Shown one piece after another: positions 1-13,260 of a stretch of DNA of 64,000 nucleotides. The number at the start of each line of letters is the position of its first letter. Position 1 is the first letter of the stretch. Source of the DNA: Auanema rhodensis (Eukaryota > Animalia > Nematoda); the NCBI GenBank assembly GCA_964057225.1, contig OZ059898.1:8308001-8372000 (forward strand). Reading direction: 5' to 3'. The position numbers and the translations under genes are program-made. The notes under the pieces are model-generated. The model did no database searches. It was not told the DNA's origin and worked only from the letters and a program-made list of their open reading frames with translations.

Positions 1-1093
1 AAATCAAGTTTATTCTGGAATTAACTGGTCCAAGAAATATAAAGCACCAACTGATTATTGTATTTCAATTAAGGTAATTATTTGATTTATTATAATATTA
101 TTTATTATATTATTATAGTTAACACAATTACAAGTTAAACGATCACAATATATCAAATATATTTGTTGTGATGATGAGCCAACTTTCCGAAAATGGATTG
201 TTGCTCTTCGGATAGCTAAGAATGGAGCTGCTATCTATCGCAACTATGAAGCTGCTTGTGAGATACGTCGTAATGCTTTGAACTCTGCTCCAATTCGTAA
301 TAATACTCTATCTCGAATGGAATGCTCATCATCGGTTCATGATAACTTGAGTGTGAATACTACTGGACATCATCAACCAAGTTCTTGCACATCCAGCCAG
401 CATGACCTTCGTATTCTTGCCAATAACAAGAATATGCCATCTCCATCACAAATAAGTCGTCTTAGTCAGATGACTACAATCAGTGATCGAAGTGTTGCTC
501 AATCAACTGCATTTGATGTTTATCCTGGAGCTAACAGCTCAACTGCTGGTAGCTGCTTGAATCTTCGCGATCAATCCCTATCTTCCCTTCGGTTTGATGA
601 GCAGCCGACCGGCACCATCAAGCGAGCTCCTTTGGATGTGATCCGCCGAATGAGCCAAAGCTCTTCGAATGATCGCGGAAGCACAGTTGGTACTCCAGAC
701 GATGACTCTGATGAAGATTTCCCTGCTCCACCTCCTGTATCAGTTCAAATGCACAACATCAGCCGTACCACAACGCCGACTCAAGTAAGCTTTTCATTAT
801 CTCAAACCGTTCTCACGCAATCCTTCTTTCAGAATGGCGTATATCCACCAACAGCTCCACCAAAGCCTGCATACCAGAAGCCCAGCGCTCCACCAACACC
901 CGTACGACAAACACCTGTCCCAGCCCCATCTCCAAGTCCAGGAGCAACAACGCCGAAAAAAGTTCCACCACCGCCACCGAAACGTTCTGATGCCACCCGC
1001 ATCCTAACATCAGCGGCCGCCGTCACACCGCACATGAACGATCTAGAAGCAGCTCTAGCTCGACGACGCGAAAAACTTGCTCAGCAGGTCTGA
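1..1093 (+). CDS. mig-10: MIG-10/lamellipodin/RIAM (MRL family) adaptor, 3' part (end of PH domain plus Pro-rich tail); 5'-truncated by the window
   Basis: Exons <1-73, 119-784 and 833-1093 with GT-AG introns 74-118 and 785-832. Translation NQVYSGINWSKKYKAPTDYCISIK|LTQLQVKRSQYIKYICCDDEPTFRKWIVALRIAKNG closely resembles the MIG-10 PH domain as I recall it. The tail has an EVH1-type DFPAPPP, other Pro-rich motifs and a TGA stop at 1091-1093. Confidence 0.92.
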
Positions 1094-2775
1094 GCAAGTA
1101 TTATATAGCTTTATGAATGTCTTATTTTACGATAATGTAATCGAAATTATTACAATTCATGAGCTTGTATGATTAGTTTGTTGATTTATATCTTTCCAAA
1201 TTCTCACATTCATTCATTACGTCACTCTCACTCATACATACATATATCGTTGTCGTCTATTCAAGTTGTTAATCGGTCTTCTTGCTCAATTTTACGGTAT
1301 CAGAATCGCTCCAGGATCTCTTGTTTGTAATCCTTCTTCTGGAGATTCGAGGCCGTATTTCATTGTCGTTCTAAGTCATGTGCCCGCTTATTTCTAAGAA
1401 ATAGTATATAAAATATATATAAATATAAATATATTATGTATAATTTTTATCATTTTTATTATTATTTCTTTATAATATTATGACTTAATGTTCTTAACCA
1501 TCCATGTCAAATGAGATACATTGTTCTTGTGACCGGTGTTTAGTCCCCTTCCCCCTTCTCCCTCCTTTAACTAATCGGATCCTTTTTTCATGCTTCAACA
1601 AACAAAACCTGACAGTTCATCAACCATCATCAGTTAGCTTAATAACAAAACTTTCTTTGTCTTCATCCATTTTTTTCTTTAAATTTCCATTCGAATCAGT
1701 CTTAATCTATTCGTCGTATTATCACGTGTTCCATTTCAAAATCACCATTTAGGTCCTTATATTGTTCTTCAATGTTGTCGTTTTCATTACTGTTCTCTAT
1801 ACATAATAGCTATACAATACTATATTCTATAGATTTATTAAAAATTTTATAATTCTTTTATGAAAAATTAATAAAAATTGTGTAAAATTCATATTTTATC
1901 GCTATACATACAAATATTATTACGTATAACTGGAAAGATACAGCAATCCAAAATTTATAAGAAAAAAGAAATTTTAAAATTAATTCATTGATGGAATTGT
2001 TTATAATTTGTATATTAAACATTAAAACTTATCAATAAGTTGTTAGTAAAGTTGATCAGGTTCAAACAACAATGAGAAGACAAACAAATATCTATTTCCA
2101 GCAATTTGTTATAATATTTTTGATATATTGATATATTATAAAATATAATAATTAAGTTTAAACATTTTTATTGAAGAAAAAAGAATCACAAAACGAGAAC
2201 AAGTTGGATTTTGCATATGATTGATAACCAAGACAAGAGCTAAAGACAATTTAAAATTATTATACAAATTATATAAGAGAATATAATTAAAAGAAAATGA
2301 GCATTCAAATTATATTTTGACATTTCTTTTGTAAAAAAAGGAAAAAAAAGAATTTTTACTATGTTTTATGAAAAAAAGAAGAAATAATCTATTTAATATA
2401 CTTATATATATATAAATATAAAATTTAAAAAAAAGATTTCTAATAATTAAAATATCTAGTAAATATAAAAATTTGTTTGAGGAGGTTTTTCTATTGAAAT
2501 TAAGAAAATTAATGAAAATGATGAATTTGAAAAAGAAGAAAAAAAGAAATAAAGCAATGAATATAATGAAAAAGACGTCATAAATGCCCGTATTCAATAA
2601 CCCCCGATTCGTTTGAAATAATGCTGTTTTTGAATTAAAAAATAAAAATAACAAAAAGGGTTGAATGAGAGAGATTCAATACTAATAATGATTAAGAGAA
2701 TAGTTAGTTTTTCTCTTTTGATATTCATGTTTTAGTATGTGAAAATAAGATTTTTATAATCATAATCACTATAGT

Positions 2776-5700
2776 TTATCGATGATATTTTCTTGATGAT
2801 GATGGATGATGTAAGTCTTCATCACGTTTAGATGATCCAGAAGAAATTGTTCGTTTATCCTGGAATCTGTCAATATTTTAGAAAAGAAACTCAAAACAAT
2901 AACTGAAATGTTTCAGAAATTATATTGAAAACTCACATAGATTTGATCATTTCTTTCTTCGCTCAAATCTTCGTCATCTTCTTCGATCATATCATCATCT
3001 AAATCTGATTCAGAATCAGATGAATCTTCTCGAACTGTAAAAAAACAATTTTATTGCTGAAGAACATGTAGGAAAAGCAAGCATATGATCATACCAGCTG
3101 TTGTTCCAAATAGAAAATAAGCATGACGAGCAATTACTGTACTAAGATGAAGCGGTCGAACTGAAGCAAAGCAAGGCAAAGCTCACAAAAATCACAAAAA
3201 TCACAACAACACATTAAGCTTTCAAAATTAAAAACATTTTTTCAAAAGAAGTTTAAAGTATTAAGCATATGATATGCACAAAGCAAATAATATAAATATA
3301 TAAACAAACCTAAAATTCCAATTTTTTGTCCTAACCATCTAGCTTTCTGTACAACATCATCTTGCATCAATTTGAAACACATAGCAATCAAAGCCATACC
3401 AAACAGAAGATATAACGCACAAACTACAAGTTTTTCCTACAAAAGTTGGGTTGAATTAAGTAAAAAGTAAAAGAAACAATTTGAAATATACCTGAGAACC
3501 TTCATCTAAAGCTTGACCCGGAACAATATCACCGAAACCAATAGTGCTACAAAATAATTTTATATTATAATTATTATAAAAATTAATAAATACCTAAGGG
3601 TAATAAAACAATAATATGCTCCATCAAATGGATTCCATCCTTCCCACCAGGAGAATAATACTGCTCCACCTTTAAATAAAGAAATTAAAAAAAAAAAGAA
3701 GAAAATTGAATATAACAAACCAGAAATAAATGCAAAAACAATACAAATACCAACACTAACTGGCATTTTTTCATTTGCTCGTGAATATCCCTAAATATAT
3801 TTTTTTATATAAATGTATTTATTATATTTTCATTTACCTGTCGTCTCAAAGAATGAAGAGACATCTCATCTGAACGTTCAGATCGATCAGAACGGTATGA
3901 TCTTCCATCCATTTCTCGTAACCTAAATGAAGTTTTATTCAAATGTTTTCAAAGGTTTTATTTTACCTTCTAGAAGTACTACTATCCATACTTGGTTGTT
4001 TCTGCTGAGAGAGATGATGAGATGTATGTTTTCGTTCCAAAACAACTTCATCATCATCCGAGAATGATAACTAAAAGTTAAAGATATTTTTTTCTCCAAA
4101 ATATATCAGAAATTATACTTGTAAACTAGTTTCCTCTGTTCGCTCTACATCACTTCCAGCTTTTTCCTCTTCTTTTGTTCGTGAAATCACCACATTTGGA
4201 AGTCCTCCTTCCTCTCTTCGTCGTCTGTAAAAAAATGAATTGTAGAAGAAAACGAATAAGGAATTGATTATTCAGAAGAAAAATAAAAGTTTAAAGAATG
4301 TTACTTTTTCTCGCTTGTAGATGCCATCATTAGTTCTTGGAATGCAGCAGCGGAAGCTCCATATGCTTTCAGATCTACAACATCAGCATCCTGATGTCCT
4401 CGTACAAGTAGTCCACCTAAAAATAAAGAGAATAAACATATTTCTTTTATAAAATATACAAGTTTCTTATGAAACACATACCTTTGTATTCTCTAGCTGG
4501 GCTTTCAGATACTGTATGTCGTGCACGATTTCGTTTCTTTAACTTTCTATCTTCTAATTCATGCAAATAAATATGTTCCATATTAGTTGCTGTACTAGAT
4601 TTTTGTAAATATCTGAAAGAAAAGAAAAGAAAATTTAAGAATATTGTAATAAAAATACTTTTTCTGGAATGTTCTAGACATTGTACCATTAGGGCTACGA
4701 CTATTTTGACTAATTTTTCGACGACCAGGAAGTGATATAGTATCAACATTATGCCGAGAAGAAGCATCATATCTATATTTAGATTTGAAAATATCAAAAA
4801 TAAAACTGAAAATACCTTCCAAATGATCGAACACTCTTACTATCACTGGCACGTGTCTTACGATTCAAAGAAGCATGACGTCGAACGGTGTTATAACGTG
4901 GATTTGATCTTGATGATTGAGCTGAATAGAGAAAAAATAATTTTTATTATAAAAATCAAATTGTTGTTTTACCTCGTCGAATATTTGCTGCAGCATTTGG
5001 ATGATAACGAAATGATAAAGCAGCTCTTCGTACTCGTCGTCGATTCTACGAATTGAAAATTAAAAATATTTCAAATGTTTTCAAAAAATGAACCTTTTGC
5101 CATCGACAATATGCACAACAAATTTTAAAATAAATGTATGTAAAAACCTAAATATTAAAAAAATAAATAAATTATAATAAATATAAAATATATATTATAC
5201 TTGAGCAAGTGTTTCAGCAATATTAGCTAAACATAGAAGCATTAATGGAATACCAACCATAGCATAGAATATTGTCATTAATCGTCCAGCATCTGTTTTT
5301 GGACAAATATGTCCATAACCTATATATATATAATCATAATATATTATAAAAATAATAAAAAATAAACCAATTGTTGTAAAAACAGTAATTGAATATAACA
5401 AAGCTCCAGAGAACGTCCATTGATATGTTGGCCGAATATCATCATGTTCATCATATCCTAAATATAATTATAATTATAAATAAATATTTGATATACTTAC
5501 CTTCAAAGTTAACAGCTTCTACCAAAAGTTTTTCATAACGTTTGAAAAGAAAATGAGCTCGATCACGTACTTCAGATTCTTCTATTACAGTGCTATTAAG
5601 AATAAAGGAATATAAGCTGTGAACGACCTATAAGATGAATGTGAGGAATCAAAAAAAAATTTTTTTTTTCAAACACAAAAATTCAATGATTACAGTACCT

Positions 5701-6281
5701 GCCATGTGTCATTTTTGATGTGACCTTGAAACTCAAGTTCTTTTGGATATTCAATTGCCTTAAAATATTATTTTAAATATGAATAAGTTTTATTTTCAAA
5801 ACCTGAAACATAAATGCTCCAAGCACAGCATAAAGTGCTACCATAAGGCATAATCCTACATGTGTGAGTGTGAAAGCAGTTGCCTAGAAATGATATTAAT
5901 CATTATTATTTCTTTATTTAGGTTTTCTTTTTTATTTTAAAGTTTGTTTGAATTTTATTTCTTGACTCAGTTCCTTGTCCCATTATTTTCCAATATTTTT
6001 TTTAAAAAAGAAAAAAAAAGAAAGAAAGATAGATGAACACTCTAACTTTTTGCTTTAACTTTAGTCTCTGATGCTTATGAGGATCAAACAATAAATGAAG
6101 ATTCAGTTCCGTTTTGTTCATATATAGCAGTTTATTTAATGAGCACTTTGCTTTTATGTGACTTTTCGAATGGTTATTTCAAAAGCCAAAACTGCTGTCT
6201 AATACGAATATGGACCTCCGTTTCAGCATGTTCTATCAAAACGTTTTCTTTTTCTTCCTTGATCTTCATATCTTTTCTTAT

Positions 6282-6326
<45 letters not shown>

Positions 6327-6520
6327 CTCTCCCTCTCACTCAAGTTTCTGTTCCTCTGCTTCTTCGATGTCTTCTATTCTTTTTCCGGGCTATGGATGGA
6401 ATATCATGAACTGAAGAGAGCAAAAGATACCCAGAACATGAAACCGCCAGTGAGTATCAAAGAGACAAGCTGACAGTTAGATAGAGGGAGATACAGAGAA
6501 AGAGAGAGAGAAAATAAAAG

Positions 6521-6580
<60 letters not shown>

Positions 6581-7687
6581 GACTGGACTTGTTGATGGAC
6601 ACCAAGAGTCCGGATGCTGTTTCTGAACAACATCAAATCATTGAGATACCCGAATTGTGGACTAACTCACGCAGATGGGAGAGAAATGCCACTGCATACA
6701 TCAAAGCAATGCAAAGTTTCTACTGACAATTTCAATCTTAAGTTCTGACATGTCTCGAGTCTAGCTCTTCTGAGGGATCTTCCTGTTCACCATAGAAAGT
6801 TTGTTCTTTCTCTCTCGCTCTGGCATTTGACTTACTAGTTCAATCACTCCCTGTAGTTTATCTCAAGGCTTTGTCTCTATCTCCAACCCTTCCCCTCCTT
6901 TCTCTTCCTTTCCTCTTCGCCCTCTTTAACTTCAACAATCTTTATCTTCTTTTTTTTCAGTAATACTCTGAATCTCACTATGGTGTTTGTTTCATTCTCA
7001 TCGGCCATATTTCTCTTAACTCAAGCCTCTTTTTCATGTTGCTTTTTCAGCCAAAGTTTCATATAGCATAAGAAAAGGAACATATCGATCAGTTCATCTC
7101 TAGGGACATACCAGATAGCTAGCTAGCCAATTCCATTCTCTTTCTTTCACCCAGTTCCCAACACCCCTTCTACCAGCTATCACATCCTCCAGAGATTTCC
7201 AAAAACAGAGGAATGTCATCTCTTTATATAGCAAATCGTTTTGTTCTGCCGACAGCTATCCGGAAGACAGGCATACATTTTTTTTTCGACAAACTGACCG
7301 TTAGGGATAAAAAGAAAAAAACAAGAGCCAAAAGGGCTTTAAGAAATACAATAAGATCAACTAATATGATTGCTTATGACATCATTATTATCATAACTTT
7401 TAAATCTAACTATATGATATGTTTAGATTATATAATACGATATATGATGATATTTAAAAGGAACATATTCTTAAAATGTCAATATTTAAACGATAAGGAA
7501 CAAGGAAGAAGACAAAAAAAATGAACAAAAACGATTTTTAAATTTGAAGTTTGAGAACATGAAGCATATATGACATCGTGCAAAAACTTCAGAACTACAA
7601 CATCTAATGCTCGTTGTTTTCAAACTCAATTACCTTTCGGATGAATGTAGTTATACGTAGACACCATGAACGAATCTCGTCTCTCAT
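2776..7687 (-). CDS. Two-pore-domain potassium channel (TWK/K2P family), multi-exon
   Basis: First coding exon 7634-7687 ([18 protein letters not shown]) splices in frame to M1 [27 protein letters not shown] (to 5883). Pore 1 is [33 protein letters not shown], followed by a long multi-exon M2-M3 loop, pore 2 [19 protein letters not shown]4 [21 protein letters not shown] and an acidic tail ending SSRKYHR* at 2776. The exact twk orthologue is not assigned. Confidence 0.93.
6293..6322. repeat. (CT)n microsatellite in TWK intron 1
   Basis: Pure CT dinucleotide run. Confidence 0.95.
6527..6578. repeat. (AG)n microsatellite in TWK intron 1
   Basis: About 26 AG units. Confidence 0.95.
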
Positions 7688-10021
7688 TCTCTTTAAGCTT
7701 TTGACTTTAGAATGTTTGTAGTAGTAGTAGTAGTAGTATTAAAGATAAGATTAGAAGTAATAGTAATTCTGTAATGTTACAGTTCACTATAAACCAACAC
7801 CGTATACGGCGCACGAATATAACTCATTCTCTAATATACGCAATCAACCTATAATTAAGAAGATTTTTGAAGAGTAAACAAAATTTTAAATAAAACAATT
7901 TTCGAAAGGAATGAGAGACAATAAACATGAAGCTTTCGACGTTAGTGCTAGTTGTATGAAATGGAACCACAGAGGATAATAAATAGATGAAGTATGAGGA
8001 ATAAAGTACGAGTTCAGGTGATAACACCCAAAGTCATATCAAGTTCAAATGAAAACACATGAGCTTTGAAACTAAAAGAGAAGTGATCTATCAAGAGTCT
8101 TATTGTCTATATTGGTAAAGACAAGAGTTTCTAAAAAATTTTCAAGAAATAGACAAACAGCTCCAGAGAGACGAGGTTTTTGCTCAGAAATGCTGTAGAA
8201 ACAAGAGGGTAACATAGAGGGTTACAACAGAGGGACGAATGAGGGAAAGAGAGGGAGAGAGACATATGAAGGGGCGAAGAAACTATGAAGACAAGCAGAC
8301 TAACAGATACGACACAATCCCGGCGGGATTGCCGGAAACTGCTGCTGATCGATTGAGAGAAGACAACTTTCTCTATTTCGGGAGTCACACTACAGCTACA
8401 ATCAGAACAAGCACTTCAGATTTCCCTCATCCCCGTTGCTTATTCTTCTTGTCTTATCGTTTACTTCTGATTGTACATCTTCAATGAGATGCATATGTAT
8501 ATGAACTAATAAAAACTTGTTTGATCATATGATTATGGTAATCAACAAGAGAAAAAGAGGTTAACTATACTTTTGGGTAGAAGAACGTTCTAATATTTAG
8601 ATAAAAATATAATTTAGAATATAATATGAAATCTAAGCTAAATTATAAAATTATTTTGTGAGATACGGAATAATGAATACATATATACCATGAATCATAA
8701 AACCTATGTTTGTCGATGGCATCACGTATAAATAAAAATATAAAATAAACTTAATATAAATATAAATATATCAAGATTTGTATTTTAATTTTAATATTAA
8801 ATATAAAAATTCTATTAATAAGTTAAGGTATGGTATTACGGTAGGTTACGTACGTGAGATACGGAATGATGGATACTGTAGCTAATCGAAGTTGGCCAAA
8901 AACCAATCAGAAATGAGATTATGAATGTGTTTATGATATAAGTACATTGTTTCAATTTTCTGTTCATATTTTGAAAACTTTTTCAATAGAAAATTAGAAT
9001 TCAAAGATAAAAAATCTTTTTTTTTCATATTGTTTTATAAACTTTGAAATAACATGAATGAAGTCCTTCAGAAATACTATGATATCTTTATTGAAAATCA
9101 AAGAAATTTTATTTTATAATTGAGATCACGTGATAATATGTTTGCTTTAACATGAATACTATGTCCTGTTTCTGACGTCAAAGAACGACAATAATGATAT
9201 TCAGATGATTTTCATGTGATAATGACATACAGATATTGAATATTGACGATATCATTAAATCTTTTATATCAAAATATTTATCACAAAAAAAAAGAAAACA
9301 AAAACAAAAAGATATTGATGAGAATAAACATATAAATACATTTTTATAATTTAAAAAAATATTTTTAATTATTACAAATGTATGTAATAAAGTTATTTAT
9401 TGTAATATTATTATATATAATACTAGTTAACTATATGATTCATAGATATATTTTTATAAAGTTTATCTAAAGATATAACATATATGGATATACATATGCA
9501 TCATATGTCTATAGATTTCATGTTTCATGTTGTATTGACAAAACATTCCATGGGTATTAACAATAACTTGTCAAGTTGTTTATGAGCATAATCAGCATAA
9601 ACAACAACAACAACATTTCAAAAAATGTTTTATGTTTCAAGCTTTTGCCTATCAATCAGGCGGGAAAAAAAGTTTTATGATTGATATAATTAGCTTTTAT
9701 GCATACATCAAGTTTAATGATTATAATGAGTGTGTATATGATTATGCTGATCAAATAACTTGTATCACAGGTTCATGATGATGATGCGTGATCAACGACA
9801 TCATATAAAGATGTCATAAGACATGGAGAATGAGAGATTGAGAGAGAGAGGTAGATAGAGAAAAGTGGATATGATGGTAGTTGATCGTGGTTGAAGGGTC
9901 GGACACAGAAGTCATGTGAGGAGACAGATGAAACGATATGAAAAGATAATAATATACATATATGATAAGTATATCTAATAGAATAATTATTTCTTTTCTA
10001 TCTTTATATCTATGCATATAC

Positions 10022-10026
<5 letters not shown>

Positions 10027-10073
<47 letters not shown>
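10027..10073. repeat. (TC)n microsatellite
   Basis: Pure TC run followed by a degenerate pyrimidine tract. Confidence 0.95.
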
Positions 10074-10079
<6 letters not shown>

Positions 10080-13000
10080 TTCTATCTTCCTCTCTCTCTC
10101 CTCTTTTTTTCTCTCTCTCTGTCTTTTTCTCTCTATATCTCTCTTTATTTCTCTATTTTCCTTTATTTAATCAAATTTTTCTTTTATCTCTCACCATCGA
10201 CTCCTATATATATGGAAAATTTTCATTGGGTTCTTTTCTTTTTCCTTCTTTCAGAAGACTAACTGTATATGCAAATTATTTTCTTGTTTTCTACAGGTTA
10301 TCAAGAAAGGTCAGCTACAGCATTAGAAAAAAGCTGAAGCTTCTGACTTGCAGAGGTCATATGATGTAACACAACTGCTATTCTCGGAAAACAGCTTTCT
10401 TCGTTCATTATCCTGTATCCTGTATTCCTTTTTCTGTTATCAATGTCCACCTTATGATCTGTTTCTCTTTCTGTCTATCAATCCAATCTCGTCTTTTGAT
10501 GAATAACTCTTACCTGAACATCATATGTACTTATAGGAATTCGCTGAAGTATATAAACATAGATCATTTATCACATTATTATCATTACCATTATAACTAT
10601 TTATTATCATTGTTTTACATAAATGGCTAAATGATATGACGTGATGATCTGAAACGGTTTGATCTGTTCCAATGCTTTGGTCTTTTTGTTATTTTCTTCA
10701 TGAATACGTACACAATGTATTCAATAAGAATTTGACAAATGACGTCATTAACATCATAATCACATCGAAGATGGACAGTAAGATGACAACGACGACACAT
10801 TGTGAAAGCACTTCAAATAGATTCTGAAACACACACTTTGCCACCTTGTTACCACCACTACTCCACCCAGGTCCCCTCTCAACCCATTGCAGTATTCGAT
10901 AGTACCACCCTTCTGTAATAGCTTGATTCGGAGTGTCAATAGCAAGAGTCCGGTTTTTTTTACATTTTTCCAATTTTTTTAACTAATTTACAGACACTTT
11001 AACCTGCTCTTTTTGAACTTTCTACAATCATTTAACTCTATTTTTATCTTTTTTTTGTATAATAAATTTATAAAATAAAACAGGATTTTCTTTGTGTCTT
11101 TATATTGTTTAAGTATATATGTCTGGTGTTTAAATTCATATTCTTTATCATATAGTATAGTGTTGACCATTGAATCAGACATATTGAAGGTAAGCTATGG
11201 TCATAGTACATCTCTAAATCTCTTTATTTTCTTTTTTCTTTCGTTTTTCCTTCATTTTTCAACCTTTTTGATCGTTGATTATATAATAACCTTCAAAAGT
11301 TCTTTCTTATCATATCATCATTTTCAGAATGTGGTCAGTACAAAGTTGAATGAAAATCTAGTATATATGGGGAGGAAGAAACATACTACGATGAGCATAC
11401 ATCTTAGACAGTAGTCTGTTTTATCACTTACTCGAACTATAACAGAAGTTCAAAGTGAAAAACAAATTACTAAACAAGAAATGTTCAAAATATTATTTAT
11501 ATACATATGACATATGTTTAAAAGCTTTTGCTTTTAACTATATATATATATATATTTCTAATATTAATATTTATTTTCAGATCTGATCTATTCTTAACAT
11601 CAACATCATGAACATGAGTAGAAGCTGAATCAATTGAACTCACCACATCAGCTTTCTCCAATTCAAGCACCATCATGTGCAATAGGACATGCCCCTAAAT
11701 CTGGCTGTTTATACGCATATTCTCATATTATTTCTTAAATATTACTTATAAGAAATATTATTTCAATAAAAGAAATAGAAGATAATTAAGAAAAATAAGA
11801 ATGAATAAAGAAAAAAAATATCGAATCTTAAAATCTTTCTAAATCCAATTATATGATATAAGGTTAATTTTTGTAAGAAAATATCATTTTATACATATAA
11901 TACAAATTATTTGATTTCTATTTCAAATAAGAAAAGTATTATTATTCACTTATACTTTTTTAAGTTTTAAAAAAAAAAGGTAATTAAATAATTTTCATTT
12001 ATTATTAAACATTGAGTAATTTTATTATTTTGTATGTGTGTGTGTGTGTGATTTTTTGCAGCTTTGATAAGATCTTCCAAATTATTTAGAAGGTTACAAA
12101 GTATGGCACATCATTCAAGTTTTTTATTTTTATTTTTGAAAAGTTTTGAAGAAAAATAAGCAAAAACTGCAAAAGCAATAGTATATATAAACGTAGTACT
12201 GTAATAGACGTGACAGACGTAGGAATGGAAAATTTTTAAATAAAAAAAAAGTCTAATATCAGTAAGTTTCTAATAAAAAATGAAAAGTAAAAAAAAAACT
12301 TTTTAATTCACATTTTTATTCTTTTTTTTTACGAAATTTTTTCTTCTAAGATAAGGTAAATTAAATATTTTGATGCTACCGTATAACATGATAGCAACAC
12401 AGATCACATACACACATACACGTATCGTCAATATATTCAGAAATGATTATGATGATGCTGATTAACGTCATATGTTCTATTGTCCTTTAATTTTATATAT
12501 TAACGAACATCTTCTATCAAATAATGATTAAGATAGATAAACTAATAGTACATATTTCCTGTTATAAAGACAATACTTGATTATATGAACATATGAAGAA
12601 TCAAGAAGTAGAAATTGAAAAAAATATCTTTTCTATTTCATATATCCAGTAATATTCTCAATAATTTATGATTGATAAGTTTTAAAAAAAGTTTTATATT
12701 TTCTATATAATATATATATATAGTAAATTAATATTAGTTAGATAGATTGTTTGAAAATTGCAAAAGATTTATTTCCTATATAAGTTCATTTTTCTTTTTT
12801 ATTTTATTTATTTATTTTTTTTTTAAATTTTTACATTTTCTTTTTCATATTTATTTCGTCTTAAAACTTTTTTTTTATTGTCTTCTTCTTCTTCTTTGTC
12901 TAAAGATCATCATCATATACATAGTTCATTTAGTTAGATGGATATTTGATTTTAGAAAAGAAAAACAAAAAAAAGACAAATGAAGAACAAGGAAAAATTT

Positions 13001-13260
13001 TTTTTCATTATTTTCTTTTTTTTGTTATATTAGCTACACATGTTACCTTTTGTTATAGTTATAACTTATATATATTACAATGCTTTTAAGCAAGCTTGTT
13101 TCATCTTTACAACCTTTTTTTCAATTTTGACCATCATCTTTATTAAACATTTCTCTTTTTATTTCTTTTTTTTTCGTTTCATCTTCATATTTCTTCAATT
13201 TCTTTTTTAATTTTTCTATTATAATATACCTTATATTTTATTTTTTTTTAGTTTTTCAAA

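Noticed and set aside
813-1035. Antisense ORFs over mig-10
   Set aside because: Shadow frames of a Pro-rich, GC-rich coding exon.
2310-2654. F/I/L/Y/K-rich ORFs in AT-rich DNA (also 12747, 18105, 31760, 37816, 41899)
   Set aside because: Composition is what random AT-rich intergenic or UTR sequence produces; no splice-consistent model.
6139-6473. ORFs with SLSLSL/ERERER runs (also at 9962, 27107, 28714, 31128, 38800, 57635)
   Set aside because: They are translations of CT/AG microsatellites, which lack stop codons; there is no other coding evidence.
9121-9142. TGAGATCA start resembling a bantam/mir-80-family miRNA
   Set aside because: No complementary arm nearby; it is simply an ATCACGTGAT E-box palindrome.
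9173-9180. TGACGTCA CRE palindromes (also near 10740, 42995, 60271)
   Set aside because: Isolated 8-mers without clustering; function cannot be supported from sequence alone.
11581-11700. TTTTCAG-preceded exon-like segment upstream of the MFS gene
   Set aside because: No convincing ORF or donor; at most a non-coding exon or outron, which cannot be supported from sequence.
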